DNA of 41,692 nt from an uncultured Gammaproteobacteria bacterium. GTDB lineage: Bacteria > Patescibacteriota > Microgenomatia > UBA12405. This document shows positions 8,158 to 17,279 of the stretch, in pieces. Where the stretch lies: NCBI GenBank assembly GCA_964609295.1, contig CAZSQT010000005.1, forward strand, positions 1-41,692. Reading direction: 5' to 3'. The position numbers and the translations under genes were made by a program. Within the stretch, counting starts at the first letter, position 1. Each line of letters starts with the position of its first letter. The notes below the pieces were generated by a model, which worked only from the letters and a program-made list of their open reading frames with translations, did not search any database and was not told the origin of the DNA.

Positions 8158-9312
8158 TTATTTTAATCCCCGTAGCACTTTATCTATCTTCTCGGCAATC
8201 CAAATAAACTCCTCTTCTTTCTTTCCCTTAGTCGTTTCACAAGGACTCCCTAGTCTAATTCCCGATGGTTTAAGTGGGCTACCTTCGTCGTGAGGAATGG
8301 TGTTGGCGTTACAATAAATCCCCTCCTCTTCCAACGCCACTGCTGCTTCTTTTCCTTTCTCCTTACCAACATCCACCACCATCAAATGATTTTCTGTCCC
8401 AAAAACTCGATAACCTTTGTTCTTCAAAGTCTCTGCCAAAACTTTAGCATTAAGTTTCACTTGATTAGCATATTTTATATAATCCATTGTCATCGCCTCC
8501 CCTAGTGCAATAGCAATTCCAGCGATATTATTGACATGTGGCCCACCCTGAAGCCCAGGAAAAACCGCCTTATCAATTTTTTTTGCCAAATCCTTATCTC
8601 GAATCAAACCCTTTTTGGTTATTCCAATTATCGCCCCTCTTGGCCCTCTCAAAGTCTTGTGTGTCGTTGTCATAACTACATCGACATAATCCACTGGACT
8701 CATATGTTCTCCCGTCGCCACCAATCCTGCAATATGAGAAATATCCGCCACTAGCCAGGCACCCACACTATCAGTAATTTCCCCAAACTTTTTAAAATCC
8801 AATTCAAAAGGATAAGCTGTCGTCCCTGCAAAAATCAATTTTGGTTTTTCTGCCTTGACCAATTTCGCTAATTTTTTATAATCAATTCGACCATCTTTTT
8901 CTACATCATATTGGACACTATCAAAATATTTTCCCGAAAAAGTAATCCGTGGATGACCATGAGTCAAATGTCCCCCTGCTGACAATCTCAAACCACAAAT
9001 TTTATCTCCCTTTTCCAAAAGAGCAAACAAAATTGCGCTATTGGCTGGACTACCCGAATAAGCCTGCACATTTGCCTCCTCAAAACCAAACAATTCTTTG
9101 GCTCTATCTATCGCCAATTGCTCTATCTCATCAACAAAGCGGTTACCCTGATAATACCTCTTTCCCACATAGCCTTCTGCATATTTGTTAGTCAAACAAC
9201 TCCCCACCGCTTCCAAAACCGCTCCCGAAACAATGTTTTCACTAGGAATCAATTGTATTCCAGTAAATTGTCTCCTCTCTTCTTTGTCAATTAAATTAAA
9301 TATTTTGTCCAT
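8158..9312 (-). CDS. glyA: serine hydroxymethyltransferase
   Basis: LIPSEN, NKYAEGY, GGHLTHG, TTTHKTLRGPRG (PLP lysine) and FPGLQGGP motifs. Confidence 0.97.
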   Translation of the reverse strand: MDKIFNLIDKEERRQFTGIQLIPSENIVSGAVLEAVGSCLTNKYAEGYVGKRYYQGNRFVDEIEQLAIDRAKELFGFEEANVQAYSGSPANSAILFALLEKGDKICGLRLSAGGHLTHGHPRITFSGKYFDSVQYDVEKDGRIDYKKLAKLVKAEKPKLIFAGTTAYPFELDFKKFGEITDSVGAWLVADISHIAGLVATGEHMSPVDYVDVVMTTTHKTLRGPRGAIIGITKKGLIRDKDLAKKIDKAVFPGLQGGPHVNNIAGIAIALGEAMTMDYIKYANQVKLNAKVLAETLKNKGYRVFGTENHLMVVDVGKEKGKEAAVALEEEGIYCNANTIPHDEGSPLKPSGIRLGSPCETTKGKKEEEFIWIAEKIDKVLRGLK

Positions 9313-9898
9313 GTCCTAGTTTATCAAGAATTTCTTCAAATATCTCTTCTACTGACTGATTTCCATTGATGACTATTTTTTTGACCGGATCATTTTTGAC
9401 CAACCATTGATATTTTTTTCTAATCTTGATTAACTTTTTCTCTTTTTCAAAAATAGTTTTACTAGTTCTCCCTTTACCAATCCTCTCCATCGCCACCTTT
9501 GGTGCTGTATCAACAAAAATCACCAAATCTGGCTCAATCCCAATTTTTTTGTTAACTTCCAACATCCAATTTCTATAATGACTATGACTATAAGCTACCG
9601 TTGACCAATAATATCTATCACACAAAACCATCTTTCCTTCTTCCAAATTAGGGCTAATCACTCTATTTACATGATCACATCTATCAGCGATAAAACACAC
9701 CTCCAAGGCCAACGGATCAATCTTTTTTTTACCATTCAGCACATCTTCGATGAACAAACCAACCCCTTGTCTTTGATGCTCTCGAGTCATTATTAACTTT
9801 TTCCCTTTTTTCTTCAAAAAATTATACAATTTTTCTATCTGTGTTGATTTACCACAACCATCAATCCCCTCAAAAACAATAAATTTCCCTTTTTTCAT
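9296..9898 (-). CDS. tmk: thymidylate kinase
   Basis: FIVFEGIDGCGKST P-loop and CDRYYWSTVAY. Confidence 0.95.
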   Translation of the reverse strand: MKKGKFIVFEGIDGCGKSTQIEKLYNFLKKKGKKLIMTREHQRQGVGLFIEDVLNGKKKIDPLALEVCFIADRCDHVNRVISPNLEEGKMVLCDRYYWSTVAYSHSHYRNWMLEVNKKIGIEPDLVIFVDTAPKVAMERIGKGRTSKTIFEKEKKLIKIRKKYQWLVKNDPVKKIVINGNQSVEEIFEEILDKLGHGQNI

Positions 9899-10004
9899 AC
9901 TTATATAAATAAATAACAGAAATTTCGAAATTATATTTTTTCAAGCCTTGAACCTGCAATGCAGATTCACCAGCGCAGAAAAAATTTAATGAGAAATTTC
10001 ATAA

Positions 10005-10706
10005 TTAAATTCTTGATAATAACTGCGCATTTTTAATTGTTTTCCATTTACCACAACTCAGCTTCCCCTCCCAACAAATCTTCTCTGTCTCACAAGTCGG
10101 CCCAGCATTTTGAAAAAGATTTGGGGCTACTTTTTTAACCTGAGCCAACATCATGTTAGCCAATTGTCTAATTTCCCATTGTGCCCTCACACAACATCTC
10201 TCGGCAAAAAAGTTCAACAAAGACCTAGCATTCATCGTTACTACAATCTTTGTCTCACAAGCATTTGGCAAAATATAACGCGCATCCTCGGGCTTAATAC
10301 CCAAACTAATCATTTTTTTATACTGTTTTTCAATCAAATTCATTGTCTTTTGATATTCTTTTTTGATGTCTTTTTGTCCCGCCACTTCTACTGGAGTAAT
10401 ATATTTTAATTTCTTTTTGGACAAATCAACATATCGCTGCGACTGTTGTGAAAAAGAAGCGATTCTATGTCTAACCAATTGGTGAGTCAAAGCTCTCGAT
10501 ACTCCCTCAATGGCAAAAGTAAAGCTAGCATGCTCAATCGTCGAAGTGTGTCCTGAACCCAAAACCTGCTTGATCAATCGCGCTTGTGTCTCTTTATCAA
10601 TCTTTTTCCTCAAACCTATCGCTCCTATTGGACTATAGCATTGTCTAATCGCTGCTGTTACATTTTTTTCTGCCTCTTTGGTCCATGCTACCAATTTTAC
10701 TTTCAT
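10005..10706 (-). CDS. thyX: FAD-dependent thymidylate synthase
   Basis: GHTSTIEH, RHRIASFSQQSQRY ThyX motif, AQWEIR. Confidence 0.96.
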   Translation of the reverse strand: MKVKLVAWTKEAEKNVTAAIRQCYSPIGAIGLRKKIDKETQARLIKQVLGSGHTSTIEHASFTFAIEGVSRALTHQLVRHRIASFSQQSQRYVDLSKKKLKYITPVEVAGQKDIKKEYQKTMNLIEKQYKKMISLGIKPEDARYILPNACETKIVVTMNARSLLNFFAERCCVRAQWEIRQLANMMLAQVKKVAPNLFQNAGPTCETEKICWEGKLSCGKWKTIKNAQLLSRI

Positions 10707-10710
10707 AATT

Positions 10711-11439
10711 TTATTTTAATTCAAAAACAACTGTTAAAGTTTTACTGACCGTACTTGTCCCTGGTTCAATACTCGCCCCTCCCAAGCCTTCTTTAAAATC
10801 TCTCAATATTGGCACATTGTCATAAGTACCACCACTTCCCTCAACCACACTCAATACTTTACCCAACTTTCTCCCTGATGCCTTGGCAATCAACTCTGCT
10901 TTTTCTCGGGCATCACTCAAAGCACTATCATACAAACTCTTTTCGATATCACTCGTATCATCCATCCTCAAATTAGGACCATAAACATTTGTCGCTCCAC
11001 TCTGAGACAACAAGTCAGCCAAATCATTGGCTTTGTCCAAATCTCTCAATATTATTTCAATATTATTACTGGCATACCACAGTTTTTCTCTAGTCTCATA
11101 TCTTTCCCCTTCATGGATACTCATATCTCTAGTCTTAATATCATCTTCATTAATTCCAAATTCCTTAAGATCACTTACCAATTTATTGATTTTTTCATTA
11201 ACTTCACCAACAGCCTTACTTTTATCTTTATCATCTACACTTACTCCAGCACTAAAAGAAGCAATTTGATTTTTTTCTTTAGAGCTTGCTTCCCCAACCA
11301 CTGTAATTCCTTGATCTTGACCAATATTAATCTTACCCCAATTTATCAATCTCAAAGGCAAGACAAAAATCAAAGCCACCAAAATAACCAAGACAGCTAC
11401 CCCACTGCCTCTATTTAAGGAAATTTTATTTTTTTTCAT
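10711..11439 (-). CDS. SIMPL (DUF541) domain protein
   Basis: N-terminal TM, ITVVGE, AREKAELIA..LGKV and IEPG..VSKTLTVVF. ATG 11439 preferred. Confidence 0.85.
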   Translation of the reverse strand: MKKNKISLNRGSGVAVLVILVALIFVLPLRLINWGKINIGQDQGITVVGEASSKEKNQIASFSAGVSVDDKDKSKAVGEVNEKINKLVSDLKEFGINEDDIKTRDMSIHEGERYETREKLWYASNNIEIILRDLDKANDLADLLSQSGATNVYGPNLRMDDTSDIEKSLYDSALSDAREKAELIAKASGRKLGKVLSVVEGSGGTYDNVPILRDFKEGLGGASIEPGTSTVSKTLTVVFELK

Positions 11440-11449
11440 ACACCTCATC

Positions 11450-12124
11450 TTACCTAATTTTTACTCCCAAATCAAATGCTTCAATATCTTCCTTTTCTAC
11501 CGGATTTAACTTATTAAACTCCTCATTAAGACAGTTGTTAGGTCTAAATCTTTGTAAGACTAATTTATTTTTAGGAATAATTTTTAAAATATTTTCTATA
11601 TTTTTTTTGGTATGTAAAGTCGGTACCACCGTCGTCCTAAACTCATATTCCCCACCCCAATTTTGAATCAAATCAATTGATTTTTTAATTTTATCCAAAT
11701 CCACCGGCACTCCTACTGTTTTCTGATAATTTTCAAAATCATTTTTCATATCCATCGCCACAAAATCAATCAACTTTTTATCCATCAACCTTTTGACTAT
11801 ATCAGGATTTGTTCCATTAGTATCCAACTTCACCAAAAAACCTTTCGCTTTAATTTTTTGACAAAAATCTTCCAAATCAGGCTGTAAAGTGGGCTCTCCT
11901 CCTGTAATTACTACCCCCTCCAAAATATCTTTTCTCTTATCCAAAAATTCAAAAAAATCTGATTCACTTATTGACTGATTTTCTGACTCATTAATTTCTT
12001 GAATTACCAATTCTTTGTTATGACAAAAAGGGCAGCGCATATTACACCCTGCTGTGAATATAACGCATGCCACTTTGTCAGGATAATCCAAAAAAGTTGT
12101 CTTTTGTAGACCAGCTATTTTCAT
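11450..12124 (-). CDS. nrdG: anaerobic ribonucleotide reductase activating radical SAM enzyme
   Basis: CNMRCPFCHN (CxxxCxxC) and ITGGEP. Downstream of nrdD. Confidence 0.93.
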   Translation of the reverse strand: MKIAGLQKTTFLDYPDKVACVIFTAGCNMRCPFCHNKELVIQEINESENQSISESDFFEFLDKRKDILEGVVITGGEPTLQPDLEDFCQKIKAKGFLVKLDTNGTNPDIVKRLMDKKLIDFVAMDMKNDFENYQKTVGVPVDLDKIKKSIDLIQNWGGEYEFRTTVVPTLHTKKNIENILKIIPKNKLVLQRFRPNNCLNEEFNKLNPVEKEDIEAFDLGVKIR

Positions 12125-12255
12125 AAAATATCAGAAGCTGAATATTCAGTTCTCATTTTATATTCGGCTGTCTTACCTTCGTTCCACTGAGAAACAGGTC
12201 TCAAATAACCAACAATTCTAGAAAAAACTTCACATCGAGTTCTTTGTTTTTTCAT
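12121..12255 (-). CDS. 44-aa stand-alone glycyl-radical segment of class III RNR (not in ORF track)
   Basis: Translates to MKKQRTRCEVFSRIVGYLRPVSQWNEGKTAEYKMRTEYSASDIL. AGGAG SD and ATGA overlaps with nrdD and nrdG. Confidence 0.9.
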   Translation of the reverse strand: MKKQRTRCEVFSRIVGYLRPVSQWNEGKTAEYKMRTEYSASDIL

Positions 12256-14342
12256 TTTTTTCTCCTTTTTGAACTTTTAACTTTTGCCTTATAACCTATC
12301 TCTTTGTCACATTTTGGGCAATACTCATGCTCACCGGGCAAATACCCGTGGATTGGACAAACAGAAAAAGTTGGCGTAATCGAAAAATATGGTAAATGAT
12401 ATTTTGAAGAAATCATCTTTACTAACTTTTTGACTGATTCAATATCTGGCAAACTTTCAGTCATAAAACCATGCAAAACGGTTCCTCCATTGTATCGAGT
12501 CTGCAAATCATCTTGGTGATCCAAGGCTTCAAAAAAATCATCAGTATAATTGACTGGCAAATGAGTAGAATTAGTATAAAAAGGTGGTTCTTTTTTCTTT
12601 TTATAATTTTCCTCGTTGACACAAACAATATCTTTAAACTTTGTCTTATCTAGTCTGGCAAAACGATAGCCTGTTCCTTCAGCTGGTGTTGCCTCAAGAT
12701 TAAACATTTCCCCTGTCTCTGTCTGATAAGTCAAGATTTTACTCCTCATATAATCCATCACCTCTTTAGCAAATTCTTTGGCTTCTGGATCAGCAATTCC
12801 CTTACCCATCATATTAAGCAAAGCCTCATTCATTCCATCTAGTCCAATAGTATTAAAATGGTTTCTCCAATAAACTCCATTTCTATTGTAAATCTCAGTT
12901 AAATAATAACTACAATATGGATAAAGTCCTTTTTCGGTCAACATTTCTACTTCATCTCTTTTGATAACCAAAGAATCTTTCGCCAAATCCATCATCTTTG
13001 CCAATCGAGAGAAAAATTTTCTTTTAGCTTGTTCCAAATTAGTTGATTCTTTTTTGGCCAAATAACCAATTCTTGGCAAATTGATAGTTACTACCCCAAT
13101 TGAACCAGTCAAAGGATTAGCCGCAAACAAACCACCTCTTTTTCTTAAAACATTATTGTCCAATCTTAAACGACAACACATTGATCGTGCGTCGTCAGGA
13201 CTCATATCCGAATTAACAAAATTTGAAAAATAAGGAATCCCGTATTTTCTAGTCATTTCCCATACCGACTCTAAATTTTTGTTGTCCCAATCAAAATCTT
13301 TAGTAATTGAATAAGTTGGAATTGGAAAAGTAAATACTCGACCTTGCGAATCACCATCCATCATCACTTCGGCAAAAGCTCGATTAAACATATCTATCTC
13401 TTTTTGAAAATCCTTGTATTTAGCATTGACTGGTTTTCCACCAATAATAACTACTTCCTCACCTACCATTTTGCTTGGTTTAAGATCAAGAGTTACATTG
13501 GTAAAAGGAGTCTGAAAACCAACCCTTGTTGGTACATTCATATTAAAGATAAACTCCTGCATCGCCTGTTTTACTTGATCATAATTTAATTTGTCATATT
13601 TAATAAATGGTGCCAAATAAGTATCAAAATTAGACACTGCTACCGCCCCTGCTACTTCTCCTTGGATAGTGTAAAAGAAATTGACCAATTGACCCAAAGC
13701 TGTTCTCAAATGCTTAGGTGCTCCGCTATTAACCTTTCCCGAGACACCCCCAAAACCCTTAATCAAAATATCTTTAAGATCCCAACCAGTACAATAAGGT
13801 GACAAAAGTGCCAAATCATGAATATGAATATCACCAGACAAATGAGCTTTTCTGATATCACGAGTGTATATCTTATTCATCCAATAATTTGCCGAAATTA
13901 TAGAAGCTACATGATTATTCAAACCTTGCAAAGAATAAGTCATATTAGCATTTTCTTTGACTCGCCAATCACTTTTTTGCAAATATTTATCAATCAATTC
14001 ATCCGAATCTACCAAGCTAGAAATATCTCTCATCTTTTTGTGCAATTCACGATAAAGCTTAAAAGACTTATAAACATCATCAAAATTATTTTCCTGCAAT
14101 ACTTTTTCAATCAAATCCTGTATCTGTTCCACTTCAGGGATAATCGTTCCGTTAAATCTTTCTTCCATTTGTTCAACCACTTTTTTAGCAATCAAAAAAA
14201 CATCATTACCCTTATCTGTTTCCCCAGCCGATTTAAAAGCCGACTTAATTACTTTAATAATTTTTGCTGGTCTAAAAACGACGACTTTACCATTTCGTTT
14301 TTTTACCTTTTTGATGATTGTTTTTATTTTTTTATCTTCCAT
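12252..14342 (-). CDS. nrdD: class III ribonucleoside-triphosphate reductase, large part (ATP cone + barrel + Zn site)
   Basis: N-terminal ATP cone, IHIHDL, SMCCRL finger loop, EATPAEG, CPIHG..CPKC. Lacks the C-terminal RxxGY loop. Confidence 0.95.
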   Translation of the reverse strand: MEDKKIKTIIKKVKKRNGKVVVFRPAKIIKVIKSAFKSAGETDKGNDVFLIAKKVVEQMEERFNGTIIPEVEQIQDLIEKVLQENNFDDVYKSFKLYRELHKKMRDISSLVDSDELIDKYLQKSDWRVKENANMTYSLQGLNNHVASIISANYWMNKIYTRDIRKAHLSGDIHIHDLALLSPYCTGWDLKDILIKGFGGVSGKVNSGAPKHLRTALGQLVNFFYTIQGEVAGAVAVSNFDTYLAPFIKYDKLNYDQVKQAMQEFIFNMNVPTRVGFQTPFTNVTLDLKPSKMVGEEVVIIGGKPVNAKYKDFQKEIDMFNRAFAEVMMDGDSQGRVFTFPIPTYSITKDFDWDNKNLESVWEMTRKYGIPYFSNFVNSDMSPDDARSMCCRLRLDNNVLRKRGGLFAANPLTGSIGVVTINLPRIGYLAKKESTNLEQAKRKFFSRLAKMMDLAKDSLVIKRDEVEMLTEKGLYPYCSYYLTEIYNRNGVYWRNHFNTIGLDGMNEALLNMMGKGIADPEAKEFAKEVMDYMRSKILTYQTETGEMFNLEATPAEGTGYRFARLDKTKFKDIVCVNEENYKKKKEPPFYTNSTHLPVNYTDDFFEALDHQDDLQTRYNGGTVLHGFMTESLPDIESVKKLVKMISSKYHLPYFSITPTFSVCPIHGYLPGEHEYCPKCDKEIGYKAKVKSSKRRKK

Positions 14343-14365
14343 TTTAAAATTTAATAATAATTAAT

Positions 14366-14815
14366 TTACTTTTTATTTTTATAATCTTTTAATAATTTTT
14401 CAAACTCCTTTACTGACTTAATCTTCATATAAATAGTCGCAAATCTAATATAAGCTACCGGATCAATCTTTTTCAAATGAACTAAAACCATAGAAGCAAT
14501 TTCATTACTTGGAATTTCAATAGAATCCCAATTTAACAATTTTGTTTCTATTTTATCTACAATACTACTTCTCTCTTCTGTGCTCAATTTCCAACAAGCC
14601 TTTTCCATACATCTCTCCAATTTTTCTCTCTTATAGTCCTCCACTCGACCATCTTTTTTGATTACCTTCAACTCGATATCACCCACTTTTTCATAAGTAG
14701 TAAAACGCTTACCACACTTCAAGCACTCCCTGCGTCTACGAGTCGCTTTACCGTTTAAGGCATCACGACTTTCGATCACATTTAAATCATCGTATTTACA
14801 ATATGGACATAACAT
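14366..14815 (-). CDS. nrdR: transcriptional repressor NrdR
   Basis: CPYC..RRRRECxxCGKRFTTYE zinc ribbon plus ATP cone, AYIRFA. ATG 14815 preferred. Confidence 0.96.
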   Translation of the reverse strand: MLCPYCKYDDLNVIESRDALNGKATRRRRECLKCGKRFTTYEKVGDIELKVIKKDGRVEDYKREKLERCMEKACWKLSTEERSSIVDKIETKLLNWDSIEIPSNEIASMVLVHLKKIDPVAYIRFATIYMKIKSVKEFEKLLKDYKNKK

Positions 14816-14859
14816 AGTGTTTGACTTCAATGATAAACACTACCCGTAGTGTCTGTCAA
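14805..14859 (-). promoter_or_regulatory. nrd operon promoter with two NrdR-box-like sites
   Basis: TTGACA (14859-54), 17 bp, TATCAT (14836-31). ACACTAcccgTAGTGT (14837-52) lies in the spacer. A second degenerate box at 14805-20 is 32 bp away. Confidence 0.75.
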
Positions 14860-14934
14860 CTAGATGTTAATATCTCATATTAAATCAAATTCTTCAAACT
14901 AGAATAAAATCACTTCCTGCGATATAATAACTAG

Positions 14935-15222
14935 ATGTCAAAAATCATTCAATTTATCAAGGAAGTCAAGGCTGAATTCAAAAATATCACTTGGCCCAAA
15001 AAAGACACTTTATTTCAACTGACAATTGTGGTAATATCTATTTCGATTGTCATTTCCCTAATTTTAGGTGGTTTTGACTATTTATTTGTTAATTCTTTTA
15101 AATTTTTAACTCAAACTAATCAAACTATTACCCTACCTCAAAATATCGAAGATATTTCAGAAGCCGAAAATCAAGATAATTTTGAAGTAATTGACAAACC
15201 ATTAGACATTAAAAACGAATAA
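14935..15222 (+). CDS. secE: preprotein translocase subunit SecE
   Basis: FIKEVKAEFKNITWP plus a single TM. Upstream of nusG. Confidence 0.93.
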   Translation: MSKIIQFIKEVKAEFKNITWPKKDTLFQLTIVVISISIVISLILGGFDYLFVNSFKFLTQTNQTITLPQNIEDISEAENQDNFEVIDKPLDIKNE

Positions 15223-15225
15223 TCT

Positions 15226-15837
15226 ATGCCAACAATAAAAAAAATAAAAAAGAAAGAAACATCAAACAAAAAAGAATATCTTTTTAAACTTTCTTCACAA
15301 GAACCCACCTTTGACGCCTCTTGGTTTGTCATTAATACTTATTCTGGTCACGAATACAAAGTTATCGATGCTCTACAAACTAGAATCAAAACCATGGGTC
15401 TAGAAGACAAAATCTTCCAAGCTATCGTTCCCATCCAATCAAAAATGGTCATTAGACGCGGTCAAAAAGTCAAAACTCAAGAAAAAACATTTCCTGGTTA
15501 TGTTTTAGTCCAAATGGTTCTTACTGATGATTCTTGGGTCACCGTCCGTACTACTCAAGGTGTCACTGGTTTTATCGGTATTGACAACAAACCTTCCCCT
15601 ATTTCCCAAAAAGAAGTCGATAAAATTCTTGCCACTATTGTTGAAGACAAACCCAAATTTCAAACTCCTTTTTCTGTCGGCGATGTCGTCAAGATTACCA
15701 ATGGTGCTTTTGCTGATTTTATGGGAACTATCGACTCTGTTGACCAAGAAAAAGGTAAAGTTAGAGTCCTTGTTTCCTTTTTTGAAAGAGAAACTCCTGT
15801 TGAATTGGATTTTTTACAAGTTACAAAAGAAATTTAA
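15226..15837 (+). CDS. nusG: transcription termination/antitermination factor NusG
   Basis: WFVINTYSGHE, FPGYVLV, KOW domain, RETPVEL. Confidence 0.97.
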   Translation: MPTIKKIKKKETSNKKEYLFKLSSQEPTFDASWFVINTYSGHEYKVIDALQTRIKTMGLEDKIFQAIVPIQSKMVIRRGQKVKTQEKTFPGYVLVQMVLTDDSWVTVRTTQGVTGFIGIDNKPSPISQKEVDKILATIVEDKPKFQTPFSVGDVVKITNGAFADFMGTIDSVDQEKGKVRVLVSFFERETPVELDFLQVTKEI

Positions 15838-15843
15838 AATATT

Positions 15844-16269
15844 ATGCCTAAAAAAATCAAAACCATCGTTAAATTGGCTATTCAAGCTGGTACTGCCAAT
15901 CCTGCTCCCCCAGTTGGTACCGCTCTTGGTCCTCACGGTATCAAAATCATGGATTTTTGCCAAGAATTTAACGAAAAAACCAAAGAAATGCGCGGCTCTG
16001 TTATTCCCGCCGTTATTACCATTTACGAAGACAGAAGTTTTGATTTTATCATCAAAAAACCACCGGTTTCCGATATGATTAAAAAAATGTCTGGTCTTGC
16101 CAAAGGTTCTTCTACTCCTGGTCGAGAAAAAATCGGTAAATTAACCATGGCTCAAGTCGAACAAATTGCCAAAGACAAAATGCCAGACTTAAATACCAAA
16201 GACCTAGAAGCCGCCCAAAAAATAGTTATGGGTACCGCCCGATCCATGGGCGTCGAAATTATTAATTAA
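15844..16269 (+). CDS. rplK: 50S ribosomal protein L11
   Basis: [15 protein letters not shown] and GTARSMG. Confidence 0.98.
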   Translation: MPKKIKTIVKLAIQAGTANPAPPVGTALGPHGIKIMDFCQEFNEKTKEMRGSVIPAVITIYEDRSFDFIIKKPPVSDMIKKMSGLAKGSSTPGREKIGKLTMAQVEQIAKDKMPDLNTKDLEAAQKIVMGTARSMGVEIIN

Positions 16270-16379
16270 AAGTAAAACAAAATCGAATATTGTTTTTATC
16301 AAGCCTTCAACGTGGTCACACATTTACCAGCGAAGATAAAAATAATTGAGAATTTGTAAAATTATAAATTAAAAACAAT

Positions 16380-17111
16380 ATGACAAAAAAAAGCAAAACC
16401 ACTGAAATTGTCGAAGAGACAACTCAAAAAGTGGAAGAACAAATCGTCCAAGACGACAAAAAAGTTCAAAAGGCTGAAAAAGAAGTCATCGAAGAAAAAA
16501 TCGAAAAGACCGAAAAAAAAGCCAAAGTTAGAGGTAGCAAATATCAAAAAGCCAAAAAACTAATTGATATAAACAAATATTATCCTCTCAAAGAGGCTAT
16601 TTCTTTAGTTAAAAAAGCATCTTTTTCTAAATTCGAAGGCAAAATTGAAGCTCATGTCAATACTTTTGATATTGGTACCATCGGTGAAATCACTTTCCCT
16701 CATTTAGAAACCGCTTCCAAAAAAATAGTCATTTTAACTGACAAAATTTTAGAAGAAATTAAAGATAACAAGATAAATTTTGACATTTTAATCGCCACCC
16801 CCTCAACTATGCCCAAGCTTCTTCCTTTAGCCAAAATTCTTGGCCCAAAAGGTTTAATGCCTAATCCCAAAAATGGTACTTTAACCGACAAACCAGAGGA
16901 TGCCCTCAAAAAATTATCCGTTGCCAAAACTATAATTAAAACAGAAAAAAAAGCACCTGTAATTCACACAATTGTTGGTAAAACTTCACAAGATGACAAA
17001 GAATTAATTGCCAATGTAGAAGAATTAATTAAAATTGTCAAACCTACCAAAATCAAAAAACTTTGTCTTTGTGCCACCATGGGCCCATCTGCCAAAGTCG
17101 AAATCAAGTAA
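16380..17111 (+). CDS. rplA: 50S ribosomal protein L1 (internally shortened, charged N-extension)
   Basis: ILGPKGLMPNPKNGT and TMGPS. Follows rplK. Confidence 0.93.
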   Translation: MTKKSKTTEIVEETTQKVEEQIVQDDKKVQKAEKEVIEEKIEKTEKKAKVRGSKYQKAKKLIDINKYYPLKEAISLVKKASFSKFEGKIEAHVNTFDIGTIGEITFPHLETASKKIVILTDKILEEIKDNKINFDILIATPSTMPKLLPLAKILGPKGLMPNPKNGTLTDKPEDALKKLSVAKTIIKTEKKAPVIHTIVGKTSQDDKELIANVEELIKIVKPTKIKKLCLCATMGPSAKVEIK

Positions 17112-17157
17112 TATCATTACAATTCCATAACTGAGAAAAAATATTTTAAATAAAATA

Positions 17158-17231
17158 GTTGTTCTCCCCTTGCCTGCCCCGCATTGGCGGGGTCAAGGGG
17201 AGACACCCCGCAACAGCGGGGAGAGGGGTTT
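17158..17231. repeat. GC-rich REP-like palindromic element, copy 1, with nested palindrome
   Basis: GTTGTTCTCCCCTT..TCAAGGGGAGA..CCCC.CAACAGCGGGGAGAGGGGTTT. Matches 20988-21041 apart from an insert of about 20 bp. Confidence 0.85.
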
Positions 17232-17279
17232 GTTATTTACCTCTTGGTTATTACTCCTCTTATTGTATAATGAGTAAAT

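Larger units (their letters stand above)
6718..8208. mobile_element. AbiE cassette bounded by 51-bp direct repeats of the glyA 3' end
   Basis: 6718-6768 is identical to 8158-8208, the last 16 codons plus stop of glyA. Confidence 0.8.
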
